Source of the DNA: Tubulanus polymorphus
Taxonomy: Eukaryota > Animalia > Nemertea
Reading direction: 5' to 3'
Length of the DNA: 64,000 nt
NCBI RefSeq assembly: GCF_964204645.1
Contig: NC_134026.1
Coordinates: 18,882,150-18,946,149 of the forward strand
The notes beneath the pieces are model-generated. The model worked only from the letters and a program-made list of their open reading frames with translations. It searched no databases and was not told where the DNA came from. Below, in pieces: positions 1 through 14,268 of the stretch. How positions within the stretch are numbered: position 1 is the first letter of the stretch; each line of letters starts with the position of its first letter. A program made the translations under genes and the position numbers.

Positions 1-215
1 AAACAAAAAAAAACCTTACATATTTTGGGTTTATGTTCCTTGCGGTTTGCAATAAGGATAATTGGGCGGGTGTGAATTGCGTTAATTGGCATTCAGCTAT
101 GTTCCATGGACTCGACAACTGAATTTTGTATATACACCTCTGCAATTCATAACAAGTATCCATATCAAACGATATTACACGGGAGCCCTATTTGTACCGG
201 TAATCGGAGTGACGA

Positions 216-662
216 TAAGCACTTGTACAGGTGCCATAATAGTGTACTGTATCGATTATCCGTCGGGCGGAACCTGGAAAATTATAGTCTTGTGGTTGGA
301 AAGCCAAATTGTCGCTCACTAGAATACGTAGGGCACGCGCGACAAAAAATTCTGTTATTCTGTAATTTTGACCGCTGATCACAAAACTATATCTGTACGT
401 CGATTTCCGATTTCAAAATCAAACTGGAGTACATTAAGCACTTGTACAGTTTGCAGGTGCCATGATATTGTACTGTATCGATTATTTGTCAGGCAGAACC
501 TGGAAAATTAGTCTTGTGGTTGGAAAAATTATCAAGCACTTAAAAGCGAAATTGTGGCTCATTTTGCTCATTACAATACATAGGGAAGGCGCAACAAAAA
601 TTCTGTAATTTTGTCTGCTGATCACACAACTATATCTGTGATTTCCGATTTCAAAATCAAAA
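216..662. repeat. Degenerate tandem duplication of a ~210-230 bp unit
   Basis: Blocks 216-423 and 435-662 share TAAGCACTTGTACAG...GTACTGTATCGATTAT...GAACCTGGAAAATTA...GCTGATCACA...GATTTCCGATTTCAAAATCAAA, with indels. Confidence 0.8.
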
Positions 663-1996
663 CCCCTGTTTCGCTCCCGGCAGGTGGGATGGGTTTGAAA
701 GGGACACCAAATAAAAAGAAAAAAACAAAATGAAATCTACCAATTAAATAGATAACGGGTCCATCCCTATTTCAAGATTCTAAAAACCCAGTTATCCTGC
801 CAGAGGGCGTGGTGAGTTTAATTGGTGATAAAGCGAAATTACGTCTCTTTTCTTTGTTTTAAGTTTTGAACATAAAATTTTAGGTAACGCTCCATTTCTT
901 TCAGCATGTCAAGCACTCATCATTAAGGAGTTTTCTATGTTGAGTGTGTGCATGTTGTAAGTCGAGTGATCGTTGTTCGAACGCCAGTTATATGTTCTAA
1001 GTGTATATATCGGAACTGTATATTTCGATATTACATGTTCAGCGTAATCTAAAGAACGCGTTCAGGTTTCGAGATTTTTGAATGACGGGTGTTTTGGTTT
1101 ATATCGTCCGAATTGCTAGGTTTAGAAAATCACCGGTAAGTTTTTCGAAGATAAAGGAATGTATTTGGTGGCAAATTATTTGCATGTGTGATTCTTGTTG
1201 CATAATTTCGTAGGCGATCATCTCAAATTCTCAATTGAATTCAGATAATGTTCATTTTTTAGTTGCCTAGCAGTGGGTTGAAATTTAATCGGTATCAATT
1301 TGTTTAACCCTACAGTCAGACATACATAACTCCTGAAATCTAATTAAACTACTTACAAACTTAGTAGCTTAGACAGATATGGTTGCAGGTGCTTAGGATG
1401 TTTCTATTGGCCTTGAGTGGTTTCAAGGGAACTTGTACCTCTTTAAAAAAAGTTACGGACAAGATTACAGCTCCCAGGTGTGGCTAATGCCAGATATAAT
1501 CTAAGCATGTTACGCAGACACATGGAGAGAAGGAGAGTAAAGAGAGCGGAAGACTAGCATTCAAACAGCACTAGAAAATGCTTTCCTGGTCTGTTTTGTG
1601 ATTGTGCATAGTTCCAAAAGCGAGAAACAGTTAATTGAAATACAGGCTGATATTCCATGAGGTTGAAATCGAAGTACAGTTTTCATGGATCATTTCTACC
1701 AAATGCAGACTTATTTTTTGAGAAGGAATTTAAAATATGATGTGGATAATGCTCATATACTCAGGGTGATATTGCGCTTGGCTTTGTAGTTTCTAAGCAT
1801 AAGACATTATTGTAGTTTCGATAATGAGCATTTTGAGTTTTCTATTACTCCTCGAATACATTATGCTGAAATTTAGATACAAGAAAAAGGTATCGTTCAG
1901 CCACGTCATCGCAGTTTCTTGCGTGAAATTTATCATCGTCTAAAATTTCATGTACGTTCGTCTGAATTTCAGGGCACGGACAGTTTGTTAGATTCC

Positions 1997-4900
1997 ATGG
2001 CAACGTATTCTGCCTATGGATCTCGGCGAGATAGTTTCGATCGCATCGAATTGACCGAACGAGTGAAAGATGACCACTGGATCACGTCGGAAACTTCGGA
2101 GAAATCCGACAAAGGAACGCACGTGCACGTGCGACGGACGCCGCGATGTCTGGCCGTATTGAGCGTGTTCACCGATTTACTACTTCTCGGAGGACTTATC
2201 GTTCTGGAATATTTTCTCAGGTAAAAAATCAAAGCAGAGTTGCACCGGCTCCGCGGAATTCTATTCCTGTTGAAAAAATTTTTGAATATAATCTTCAAAA
2301 CTCACTTAAGCCTAAAACGATTTTCATACCTTGTTTCTCATTTTTTTGCTGAGCTTAGATGTTGGCCCACTTGGCTGCCCATCGACCCTGTGCATTACTT
2401 TAAAAAAAAATCATGATCGAGCTAACCATAACAGGCAGCTATAGAAAAGAACTGATTACAAATGTTATTGCATTTTACAAAATGACCTATCGATTAGGAG
2501 GAACGAGGTATTATTTCTTAGCCTTAGACTAGCATATTATGACTCAAGTGGCACGGACCTTTTTGAGTGTAATTGTTTTTCTTATGCTGCAAAATTCGGA
2601 GATTATTAGTTCTGCGCTACATAAATGTATAAATTGTCATTATTATTGTTACTAAAAATAGAAGGTGTATGCCACCAAATAAACACGTAAAAAATTGTTA
2701 TTTGCGAAAAAAACTTGTTGATTTTGGAATTGCGCCTTCATTTAATAAAAATGGCTCATTACAGAATTTTTTCTTGATAATATTGTGCAATTTTTGACAA
2801 GGGATACTTGCAATTAAGAGGGCTGTACAAAATCTTTTTTAAGACGTCCTGAATCTGCCTTAGCTAAGCCTTCTGTTGTTTCCCACCTGGCAACCAAAAA
2901 ATTGCCCATTCGCTTGATTTTTCAAATAATTAAATTGTTTACTATTTCACTAATAGTTTGTGAGTTTTCGTGTAATTGATTTTTCTAAAAAATCTAATTG
3001 ACTAATAGTCTGGATTCCTTCATCATTGCTTTCAGATGGGGACAAATATTTCCTGTTCGGAATACAAGATTTGAGTGTGTGCCTGCCACGTTGAACCCAT
3101 TTGCTACAACTGTTACCGGTTACGAGAATTTCTTTCTGAATGGCAACCTGAATTTGGAATTGCTTTTGGTTCTTACATTTTGTATTCCACCATTTATTGT
3201 AAGTACAGTTTACTCGGTAATTCTCTATTGGGTTGATTTCTACATAGCCTAAAAGAAAATTGTAGATCAAATTTTGATTAGACAAAAAATATTGATTACC
3301 AGTATATAAGAATTGGGTACATTGGATCTATATTTTCAACTCATTTATCTTTTTAAGCAATTTTCAGATGTTTAATAGTTGTCTCCGTCGCTCTTCAGGG
3401 ACTTTACTTTACCATGCATTTCTTGTCAGTAGGATTCAGGTTGAAACAGTGGATGGAATCTTTTTAAATTGTTTAAGATGTCAGATCACGTAGGAAGGAA
3501 TTGATTTTGGAGTTTCCGCCTTTCAAGTTGGCTGACTAGTGGCCGTATTTGGTCTTTAAAATGGACAGGATATGGACTGAACAACTCTTATTGATTTTGG
3601 AGGTTTGACCTATTTAGATGGCTAACTGGTGGCCTCCTTTGTTCTTTTAAATATCTATTAAAAAAAACAACGTTGTAAGCAGGAAACAGACTGAACCAGT
3701 GGATAGAATCTTTTGAAACTTTAAGACATGATGTATCATGTAAGGAAGAACCTTATAATTGATTTTGGAGGTTCCACCTTTCTTGATGGCTGACTGGTGA
3801 CCTTGCCTGTTTTTTGGAATAGCTATCCAGGAAAACATCCTTGTGAGCTGGATACAGACTGAACCAGTGGATGAAATTTGATTACATGATTTCAGTTAAT
3901 GTAGAGAAGAACTCTTTATTGATTTTGGAGGTTCCACCTTTCAAGATGGCTAACAAAATAGCTACTTCAGCAAACATTGTACAAGATGCAGGCTAAATCA
4001 ATAGATAGGATCTTTTGAGATTTTATGAAATGTTGCCCATGTGCGGAAAGAAAACCATTGATTTTGGAGGTTCAACCTTTCAAGATGGCTGACTGGTGGC
4101 CTTCTTTGTTCTATAAGATAGCTACAAGCCAACAATTCTACTGAGCGGGATACAGGCTGAACTGACTAATCAAAAATCTTTTGAAGTTTGGTGAGATATT
4201 GGGATCATGTAGGGAAGAACCCTATTGATTTTGGTGGTTCGACCTTTCAAGATGGCTGACTGGCCTTGGAAGTAAGGTCCACGATGAAACTACATTTACT
4301 TATTCAGGAATCAAAACGTTTTCTGCCCTTTCATCAAGTCAACCTAAATATATCTTTGCAAACATGTATCTTTTCTCACATCATCTTTTGTATCGTTTTT
4401 TATATCTATGCCATAGCAATGGGGGACACTAGCTAGGCATTTTGCTTGTTTATATTAACAATGACTATTATATACTATTATATGACTTTGGACCATTGCA
4501 ATTTTCAATTGATTGTTTCAGATGTTGATATGCGAAGTAGTCGTTTGGGCCTTGAATCGACAGAAACCAAAGGAATTTCAAGTGGATATATGTTGCAATA
4601 TGTCTGTGCCACACCTGTGGCGAAGGTGTATCAGAATTGTCGGTAAGAAGTGTAGATATTCTATTCACCACTCAATCAGGGCCTTGGCACTCGAAGGCTT
4701 TTGTAGGGTGCAATGGCGATGTTGAAAGTTGCCATTCAGGAATTACATGCTTCTATAGGGCTAGGACAATTTGACATGTCCTATGTACATAATATCAAAT
4801 TGCAATGTTAAGTAGGTGATTGAGATGATTCAATAATTATGATGAGATTAAGTTAAAATCATTTTAACGACTTTACTCTTGATATTGGGAGAGACTTACA

Positions 4901-7900
4901 TCAAGTCTTTCAATAAATGGTCACTGCCGTATTGATCACGATTGTGATGTCTACATAATTCTACAAGATGAGATTGTTCAATAATTTAAGATGATCAATC
5001 AATATCATGTTCAACCAACCAAAAGCCGTTTCAAAATGTTTCGAATGGCAAATGGCAATGTCTATGATATGCTGCAATGGACTGAATGAAAAATACATTT
5101 CAGAGAATGTGGCATCTAAGTAGGCTGCTAGTCGAGAGCGGTTGTTGTCTGAGCAAGCAATCAGTTTTTATTAAGAACCCTGCTGACACTTGAGACTTGC
5201 TCTCAAAGCTCATGAGTATTACTCATCTTTCAATGATGTTAATCAAGATGAGAGACGCAATGTTAATAGATCATATTGTGCAAATCAATCTACGTACTGC
5301 TTTATCGAAAGCAAGGTGCTCGATTGTAATTAAGATGGCCCCACTCAGGATCAAGAAGGCCGATTGGCGGACATTGTTGTTCGCCAAAATCAGTACGTTT
5401 TGCATGTTTTTGAGGTTTTGAAGGGTAATTTTGAATGTTTTATATGTATCCTCCATGGACCCATTGTCTTAAAAATTGTGAATTTAAAGTTTGGTCAATC
5501 GAACACAAGATGGCCCCCCTCTAACCTTTTTGGTATAAAGAAGGTCATTTTTGAATTCTGAATTCACAGGTTTTCTCTTTGTTGTTACGTGAGACAACCA
5601 TCTTAATCTAAACAGTCTTCGTTCTTAGATGGAAAAAGGTTTTGAGGAAAATACCAACAGGATTTTGCTTGTGATGAGTTTCAAGGTCATTGGGAGGTGT
5701 TGATTAGTGAAATTCCATTTCACTAATGGGTATTACCATTCATATTGGTACCTATGCATGTTTTGTAATTACAATCAATGAGGACCTTATGCCACCAACT
5801 ATCTTGCTAGCTGGCGTGTGTATCAATACGATAACTCATTTAAGATTTAATTCATTTCTAGCATTTTCATCTATTCATTAAGCCTCCCACATAAAACTTT
5901 AGGCAAATCGTGTCCCTTGAGAAATTTTGATTGATCTTAAGAGTTCATTTAATTGGAACGCAATTTTTCTTCGTAGAATTTATGTGGATAGATTTTCATT
6001 AAATCAGAGAGAAATTGGCATTTTTGTCTGAATGCTCATAAGCAAGCGTGGTGGTTGCTTGCCACGTGTAGAATCCTCGATCGCCCCATTCAAACATCGA
6101 ACAGTCAAACATTGAGTCTTCGTTGCAAATTTGTGGCTCATGATATGTTCACTTATGATTGTATTGAATTTCAATGTTATTCGTTTATGTATTCCTTCGC
6201 CAGGGGATGTTGAATATCGAAATTGTCGGATTGTCAATCATTTCACCTGGTGGTGGTCTCGGACCCCTGTTTTATGTGTCTACTGCAACTCAAGCTGACC
6301 AAATGATGAGATATGAACATTCTTGTTCATACCCGGTATTTCAAGGAAATGTTGTGAAAACATTTAATTCTCAATCTTTTCGAGCGAGCTACTTATAATT
6401 GAATTAGAAATTCAATGATATATTAATGGGATTTATGTGCACGAAACATTTTGATGGATCCTAAACAATGCATTTATTTGTTGCAGGAATGTTCGCCTTC
6501 GGTGCTTTTTTGACAATGATCGTTTGTGATTCTATAAAACTTTTACTCGGCGGATTACGTCCAAACTTTCTTGACATTTGCAAACTCAACGCGCCGTGTC
6601 AAGCGGGTAAGCTGTACACAGTGGATAACTGCGGTGAAACAGACAAAACAATTCTTCGAGATGCCAGGTACTCTCTCAGAAAATTGTGTTTCATGTGTAT
6701 AAACATGTAGGGTGTTTTTTCCCCAATTCTTTTCTAGATCGTATGTGTACTTCAAGTTTCCCAGGAACGACATGTAGCGATGAAAACATTGAGAGAGCTG
6801 CTCACGATGTTGAATATTTGGTTGACGTTGCTTGGTCTCCCCGCCCTCAATTCCAAATTCAAGATTTTGTTTGTTCTATTAAGAACAAAATGAAAGATCA
6901 CACAATCGGAAATTAGTAGAGAAGAACACTGAACGAGCCAAGTTGGCTATGTCCAAAGAAATGATGAAAATGTCCAGAAACAAAATGATATTTTTGAGTG
7001 AAAGAAAACTTTGTAAAGGACATTCAGTATAGATTATACGGGTATATAAAACTTTCTATTAGGGATAATCATGTAGATCATAAACGCAATTTTTAGCCCC
7101 ATTGGTTTCCGTATATGTTCACCAGGGGTTGTTTTACAGTGGAATAATTGCCAAATATGCCGTTTATTGATAACAGACACAGAATACAGAAGCCGTTATT
7201 ACATGTCAGAAATTCTATATACTGATAGAGTCCAACGTGGCATCCACGTTAACTTATGTATTGGTTAAAAGATTTTTATTGATGCTCAACTTTTAACAGG
7301 TCCAATATAATTTTTTTCATTGATTTCAGAATGTCCTTCCCTTCCTTACAGACAGCCATTACTGCCTTTGCCTCTATTTATCTGTCGGTAAGTAAACCAC
7401 GTTATTTGTAATTACTTATGATATCAATCTTTTGTTCAAATCTTGAATGTAACCAAAAGAAACTGATAGATAAGTGGTTATTAGTTTGGGCTAGTTAATT
7501 CGATGATTAAATCTGTTTCACAAACGAGAATTAATGAAAACTCAACTAATTTGAATTATCTCTGAGGTTAATTCAGAATTAGAGTTTCCCACTAGTCATA
7601 AAACATGAACAAGATTTCATTCATGAATTGCCCTTTCCCCCTGCCCCCCTCGGCGCTAATTATCTCAATGTTTTCACTTCTTACTGCTCAAGGTTTATCT
7701 CCATGGTGTCACGAGGTCGCACGGTAAAACGATTACCATTCCATTTTTCTGTGTGACGTTTGTCATGTGTTCGGTCGTTCGTGGACTCACGCTGATCGGT
7801 ACGAATCGTAATGACTGGAAAGATGTGCTGGCAGGATTTCTACTGGGGTGCATTATGGCGCTCTATCTCGTAAGTAGCATCTCCTTTCTTGCGTGGAAAT

Positions 7901-10900
7901 ACATTTTGACGAAATTAACAACTGAGCGATCATCCAGAGACGATTTGTCCTGAGTCAAATTTTGCCCATGCTTTGATTAGAGGGTATATTTACATAAGTA
8001 AATCACTTACTTGTTATCAAAAATTTTATCAAAACGATACTGTGGCAAGTGAGGGGAGTCACTTCCAGAACCAGTAAACATTCATTCGCATGAAATGATT
8101 TGAGCTATGCTAGAATTTGGCATGGGCTGGATCCAGCGTTTTTGGTTGGGCTAGATTTGACCCTGATCAAAGATGCTTGTATGATTGTGGCTGGTGCTAG
8201 GCCCTCAACCCAGGTTTTACCTGGGTTTGACATGTGTACACTTGACACTGCTTCTTGGGTCAACACAATGAAATGAAAGGCTTATAGTTTTGATGATTTG
8301 TGGCATAACATCTAAATTTGAGATGGGCATAATTTCGAAAGGGTTCTTTAAGTTAACATATATGACATTTGGATCAGTTGATTGTTATGCAATCGGTGGC
8401 CATCTTAAACTCCTCATTCATAGATGAAAAAAAATATCAACAGGTTTTATCTTATAGTGTTGATATTTGATAATTGTTAGCACTAGTTATGCCATATCTT
8501 AAAACATGACGCTGTATTGGGATTAGCCATTGTTTTTTTTTCGCTCCACCAGGGCGTCAAATATTGAAATAAGATAGTATTTACATGCTGTGTGGTCCAG
8601 GTAGTTTGTTACTACAATCAATTGCAAAGTTGTAGTTCATGAAAAGTTCTATCATTGTGGTGAGTTTCAAAGTTGTTAGCCGCTGTATATGTTCACTAGG
8701 GGGCATTGAACAGTCTATTATTGGAACCTATGCGTATTTCATAGCAGGCAATTGAAAATTAGTGGTGTATGACATTTTTTGATGTTTCTACTGTCGTTTA
8801 ATCTTCCAAGTATAATATTAAGGTATTCACAAAACTAGTTAAACAATTTCAGCTGCTCACTAAATGGGTTAACCAGATATAGATCGGATATAGCAAGGAT
8901 TTTTGGAGGAAATCAATCCATGTGTTATTTTAAATTTACTTGATATCAAATGTATCGGTAAATAGAATTTAGTTCTTAATCTGAATTGCGGATCACCTGG
9001 ATTGACTGTTCGTGCCAAATGCTTGGATTTAAAGTGTCTAAATATTGGTTTCCAAGGACAAGTGACGAAATGTCTATATAGTAATAAAAGAAAAACCGAC
9101 AATTTCATAAAGAAAACCGTTTCAAGTCAAATGCTATGAGCCATTTTAAAAAGGGTTTTTATTTCCAAGTGTAGTTGTAACAATATAACAATAACGCTAG
9201 CGATAAGATTACCTGTAGCATCAGTGGGTTGTTGATTTTCGGGGTAGAAACCCTAGGTTAGAATCTGAGTATCACTGTTATATAGCATTGACATATACGA
9301 AATGGTTTTTTTGATGCGTAGAACAGTTAAAATAATAATGTTTATATACATTAATACCCTTTTACTATGCGTTATTTAAGGGTTTCTGTTTACGTCATCA
9401 ATATTGGTGTTTCAAAATAACTTACAATTGTGAATCTTGGTTGGTGTTTATTTCATAATCGAATATATTTCATAACTCGTATTCTATCTTTTAGAATTTT
9501 GATAATTGTTTTTGAGAGGATGTTCACTACGTCATCAATATACCGGAGCTAGACTGGTTGCTGGTCAATTCAATTATCAATTCAAAATCAGAATGATCCT
9601 TAATATTAGATTATCTATGTCATATCATTTATTGAAGATAATGTTAAGCAATATAATTGTTATTTTTCAAGGCGTCAGTATACTTTCGACATAGTTTTTC
9701 TTGTTCAGGCTTGGATCCAGCAGGGTAAATGTCCATATTCTCTACGAGGAATGTTGTTTAGATCAACTGATACCAATACAGAGAGTCCGTGTTCGGTGGA
9801 AAAATCATTTAAGTCATTTATTTTAAACGTCACAAAGACGGATGCACGATCAATTACAAGCAAATAGAAAATTACCATAAGTAAATTCTTATAAAGTATC
9901 TAAATAGGAGAATATCTTGATATTACCCGATATCAGGATCATAACACTTGGCTGTCTAACTTAAGTTTGAACCTGCACCATAATCAACACAGCATTACAG
10001 GCTTACAGGATTAAATCAATAAAACAAGTGACCAAAAATCACCCGATAACATACCTAAAGAACCAAAACAATTTTTCAGGTGACCAGAAGCTACAGAACC
10101 ATAGATATCAGTACAGTATACAAAATACAATATATAGGATCTCAGGGATTGATCCTTATTAATGTTTTACTTTTACTTTCTTTTTATCAGGGTGTTTATG
10201 TGATGAATCGGTTTGAATATAGAGATAATATATCGAATCGAAAAGTGTACAAAAAGTTGCACATGTTGATAACTATGGAGAAGGCGAGAGCCGATGCGAA
10301 AGAGGTAACTATTGAATCGTTATTAAGATATTACGAGTGCCTGTGATCGTTGTTGTGTATTAGATTTTGGAGTTAGTTTTCCTCGAAAGATTTAGTCTGA
10401 TTCCCTGACATTGTGACGGTCCCGTAAAACTTATTTGAGAAACAACGGCTGGATACTAGTATATGAAAGATTACGATTATTACGAACTTAAGGACACTGA
10501 ATTGTTGCAAATGGGGATTAAGCTTACCGCAGTAGCAGATTCAGTGGTGTGTACCTACATGGTACTCTGACCCCAAATTTTGTTGTGCTCGCGATCAAAA
10601 AATCTTTGATCCACCTCAAGCTTCTAGCTATACTTCAAAAGTGAGTCTATTAAGCCGGGAGTAGGTTGGCCTTGTGACTGCCAGTGATTCATTTTGACCG
10701 CAGCGACGACTTATATGCCCTTGTGATCGCCAGCGATTTATTTGCTTCCTACTATTTCAAGGGTGCATAGAAAGATTGGTCATTGTGATGCGATCGTCGC
10801 TGGTGGTTGCTGAGAAAATTGCGTGATGATTTGCAAGTAGCCGCAACGCCGATCAATGCTCAACTTGTGACTGACAACGACTAGTCACACGCCATCGTTG

Positions 10901-13900
10901 GCGAGACTAGTTTTCTTATCTGACCTGAACTGGGCCCAAATTTAGGACATAAAATTGACTTGAATCTCAGTGTTGCTAATGTAGCAGCACTGGTTCCCTA
11001 CCGAAAAAGATAATCTCTCCAGCAATTTCAATTTATTTCTCTAGCATATAAATGGTGGGCGTAATTAGTGAATATAACCTTTTTGCGACAGAACCATGCA
11101 TTCGAGAAAATCATGAAAAAAAATGTGGAATTCCTGTCACTCTGTGATATCATTTATTTCATCATCAACAAATGCTTTGCTTATAAAATCTATCGAATGT
11201 CATATTGATGTTTTTCATGTATCTGAATGAAGCATGAATCAATTCTTTTCATGTTTTCAGCCCACAGTTGAAAATGTTTTTTTTTTCCTTTTCGTCATCT
11301 ACTATTGTTGGCCCTATGTTGTATCGATTTGCCTTTTTTCCTGAGTGATTCATCTCTTTAATTTTGATTTATGCGATATAAAACTGCTCGATGTGAATTC
11401 TATCTAATTTTAGAAAAAAATGTCGCTTTTGTTTCCGGAACGAAATTTGAGTGTGTGATAGCTTTTATGATTTTTCTACCTTCAGAAGGTGTGGGGATAA
11501 AATTATGTATTTAACAACCAGGTAAAAAAAAACTGAAAAGTTGATATTTTCTGTCTGCATGTAATAAGACTTTCAAGTGTCCATAGTAATAATAACTGTT
11601 GTGCAATTTTTCATATATTATATTTGCGTGTTTATTTTTCTAATCGAAATTGATGCTCTTCGATCGAGGAGTTTATTATATACCAGTCACTAACGTTAAA
11701 CATAATGAATTGATAGAACATAAATCCATTTATTATATCATTCTCATGCACATTGTGCAAGCTTTTAGTGGCCTGAATTTCATGAGTTTCTGCCTCATTA
11801 ACTTAAGTCGACATATCTGCCATATTCTATAGGGAATGGTGTTTTAGGCTAGAGTTTGCTGCTTATTTTGCATGGTCTCAATTCATGAATTTGTATAATA
11901 TATATTAACTTCTGTTGCGGTGTTGCATTCTGCATCGAATAGATGAACTGTATTCTGTTATAGAAATAAACCTCACCATTACCAAAATAGATATTCATTT
12001 GATTGATGGTTTGAGAGTTCACATTGAAATTGGATCAAAGGAATATCTATTCGATAATTCCGGATCTATTACAACTGAGTTGCGGATTATTGGAGTTTTA
12101 AATGTCGAGATATCATCTTAGTCAAAAGGCAAAGACACAGACCTGTCCAGGCTTTTCTTGATGGTATACATGAACAGTACCAGTTGATGCTAACCTAAAT
12201 TGTTAACTAGTTATTCTCAATTAGTGTAATTACATCAGCCCATACCTTTTAATGAATTGATACTAATGACGCTAGTGTCTTACTATATCTTATATACAAC
12301 CGTTAAGATAGATAACCGTTAAACTCTGATGTTTGTCAAAATATTTTTGTCACACTAAATAGAAAATATAACATCTTATTCAGATATCACTGAGATGATG
12401 AATCAGACAAATTTTCATGATCAATAAAGGTACAACTAACATATACTGAAATTTAATATTCCCTGGGAACTCAGCCAGTTTCAGTCGGTATCACCCATTA
12501 CCCTGATGGCGTAAATCTATATAAGTGACATAATTTGAAATGTTGCAATTTTTATTACCAAATATTCATTAAGACTAGAAGCAGTTTTTCATATTACCAA
12601 TTATATGATATTTGGCCTGTCATCAACCTTTGCGATAATTGCCATTACTGAATTTAGCCAACCTAAAGATTTAATGTAATAGAGACCATAAATACTTGAC
12701 CGGTGTCACAAATGCAATAAATTTATTCAATTTCTCTAATGAGCAAGTGGGTAATACTATAATATGATATAGCATTAATCAAAATTCTACAAGATGCCAA
12801 TATAAGATTTCTGTTATAGATAGGTGCCAGTGGTCTTCAAACTAATTTTCTTATGTTTGTAAGGCAAAACCTATGTTTTTAGTTAACATGGTGGTAGTTA
12901 CAGTGGGTAATGCATGGACCCCGTCTGGCTAGATGACTAGATAGAGATGTGATTATAAAACATCTCCAAATTCAATATTGGTCTTAAAGTTGATTTGCCC
13001 TTATTTGTACGCTGCACTTGAACAACATGCATGACTCGTACTAGTCTCGGTAAACTGCTAACGTTTCATTTCATTTGGATGATGCATCTTTTCGCCATTG
13101 TCGTTACCAGTAATTTGTTCCTTATTTCTTGACTCATTTTCATGTAAATCATATCCCTCCTGCTCAAAATATATTTTGCCATCGCTAATTTTGAAATATA
13201 TACTATGCTTACGTACATGTATTTATATTGATGAAAATATTCGGCGTAACTTTATGAACTTATGATGGATTAGTATGGTTATGGGGTTTTGGGATGCAGT
13301 GGTATTAGCTGATATGGAACTACTGTAAATCAGGAGTCTGGGTTACTACAGAATCATTTTGTAGGTTAGAATTAATGATTTATGAGCGTTTTGATTTTGA
13401 AATATTTAGAGGGCTGTTTACACCCCTCGATGTACCACTTACCCAATTCAACGGACAAAAATCTATTCAAAATTACTGTTTCCTTTTTACATTATCAACT
13501 TAAATGTTGTGCAATTTTTTTTAAGCAAAAATCATAGTTTAAAATCCATGATATTGGTATTTGAAAAGTACACAGCCATAGCAGCTATAATGAATCCAGT
13601 CCAGAGTATTGACCCGAAAACACTGTTGAATGTGTTAATGAAGCGATAATAAGCGATTGAATGTGTTAATGAAGTCAAAAGCGTTGTCAAAATCAACTTC
13701 TGTCAAGGTACAATATGATTTCTGCCTTATATCCACCCAACAATGCGACTGTGGCAAGCGAACGTATGAACCTGATCGAGCTGAGTTTATCCTAGTAAAT
13801 CTGAGCTTGCCTAGTAATGGATTGGAAGGCTATAAATCTAGATCACATACAATCGAAAATGAACTGATTTTGATCAAGTATGCCTGATTTTAATAGCACT

Positions 13901-14268
13901 AAGGGGGGATAGCTGATACGTGTCAGTACCCCAGTGTTCAACGACCATCAGTGGTTGATGGCTTTAAAAACTTCGAATGATTAACCTCAAAATGAAGTCG
14001 GTTTTGTATTTTGCAGAGCAAGAGTGAAAAATGTTTGTACAACTTCGACGAAACAGGCTCAAACCCGCAGTTGGCCGGCGGTTTACCGAGTTTTCACAAC
14101 GGCATTCCTCGTCCGACTGTCAGTCATCCGAACAATCGCGACCAAGCGATGGTCGACGACCCCGACAACATGGATCGTTACCGACAAAACACATTCCAAC
14201 GCGATTTACAACGAACTATCGATCAGTACCGACGCACGTCTCCTACCGATTGGAGTCAACACATGTGA
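1997..14268 (+). CDS. Phospholipid phosphatase-related (PLPPR/PRG-like, PAP2 superfamily) membrane protein, predicted catalytically inactive, ~429 aa
   Basis: Exons 1997-2220, 3036-3198, 4522-4642, 6487-6667, 7330-7387, 7693-7869, 10191-10304, 14017-14268; all GT-AG, phases consistent, total 1290 nt. Motifs: C1 KLLLGGLRPNFLDIC, C2 RMSFPSLQ, C3 TLIGTNRNDWKDVLAGF, plus several hydrophobic segments. A possible in-frame upstream exon 1082-1135 (MTGVLVYIVRIARFRKSP|gtaag) spliced to the acceptor at 1973 would add 26 aa. Confidence 0.88.
3373..4445 (+). mobile_element. Old Helentron-associated (HINE/DINE-like) element with internal ~90-170 bp tandem units
   Basis: Six degenerate units containing TTGATTTTGGAGGTTCCACCTTTCAAGATGGCTGACTGGTGGCC at ~3501, 3591, 3759, 3919, 4058, 4226; subterminal inverted match TGTCTCCGTCGC / GCAATGGGGGACA. 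Confidence 0.55.
5336..5790 (+). mobile_element. Degenerate copy of the HINE family seen at 42569 and 55640
   Basis: GGCCCCACTCAGGATCAAGAAGGCCGATTGGCGGACATTGTTGTTCGCCAAAATCAG and GTGATGAGTTTCAAGGTCATTGG align by eye with the 42569-43372 element. Confidence 0.55.
8380..8760 (+). mobile_element. Degenerate HINE-family fragment
   Basis: CAATCAATTGCAAAGTTGTAGTTCATGA...TTGTGGTGAGTTTCAAAG...TTCACTAGGGGGCATTGAA matches the 154-bp internal unit of the 55640 element. Confidence 0.55.
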
